From positions 54,990-74,989 of the forward strand of contig JAPEUG010000036.1 of the NCBI GenBank assembly GCA_026025795.1: DNA of 20,000 nt. The letters run 5' to 3'. Source of the DNA: Thelocarpon superellum (taxonomy: Eukaryota). Under the pieces are notes generated by a model. The model had not been told where the DNA came from, did not search any database, and saw only the letters and a list, made by a program, of their open reading frames with translations. Below are positions 19,715 to 20,000 of the stretch, in pieces; the stretch's first letter is position 1, and each line of letters opens with the position of its first letter. A program made the translations under genes and the position numbers.

Positions 19715-20000
19715 TCATGACTCTTTGCTCGTAGAAACAGTCTCGCGGATCCTCATCACCTCATCGCCTGGTCCAAATGCTGATGCTGATGCATTCAATT
19801 CCTCCTCTTCTTTACACACCCAACGACATGTGCCAATCCTAGCTGCGTGCAGAACCGCGGGTATAAGACTTTTAGTCCATATCGCGTGGGATTTTAAGAG
19901 GGCCAACTTGCAGTCACCGTTTAGCGATCGACAGCACCAGTTCAATCCGACACCACCACTGACACCGCCAAAAATGCCTTCCTCGCCTCCCAAACGAATG
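19715..20000 (-). CDS. Possible 3' end of an unidentified protein-coding gene entering from the right edge
   Basis: The frame is open from the window edge (IRLGGEEGIFGGVSGGVGLNWCCRSLNGD...RIGTCRWVCKEEEE...TSKES*) to TGA at 19715-19717. No family recognised. Confidence 0.35.
   Translation of the reverse strand, partial: IRLGGEEGIFGGVSGGVGLNWCCRSLNGDCKLALLKSHAIWTKSLIPAVLHAARIGTCRWVCKEEEELNASASAFGPGDEVMRIRETVSTSKES

Overview
Eukaryotic, GC-rich filamentous ascomycete (Pezizomycotina-like) genomic DNA with short (50-79 nt) GT-AG introns. Gene order: 5' end of fatty acid synthase alpha (FAS2, minus, partial); ~1.6 kb divergent intergenic region; complete fatty acid synthase beta (FAS1, 4 coding exons); intronless NmrA/isoflavone-reductase-like oxidoreductase; actin-related protein Arp9 (minus, 3 exons); secreted Rds1-like ferritin-fold protein (minus, 2 exons); a tRNA-Ser(GCU) gene; tRNA G26 dimethyltransferase TRM1 (2 exons); a small Cys-rich ORF; and a possible 3' gene end at the right edge. 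The standout observation is that the tRNA-Ser(GCU) gene (15824-15956) is split between tRNA positions 10 and 11 (D-stem, inside the Pol III A-box) by a 52-nt insertion with all hallmarks of a spliceosomal mRNA-type intron (GTAAGC...CTAAC...CAG). Removing it restores a complete cloverleaf. The gene lies ~250-350 bp upstream of TRM1, whose product modifies G26 of such tRNAs. All gene identifications are by motif recognition from memory, with no database searches run.
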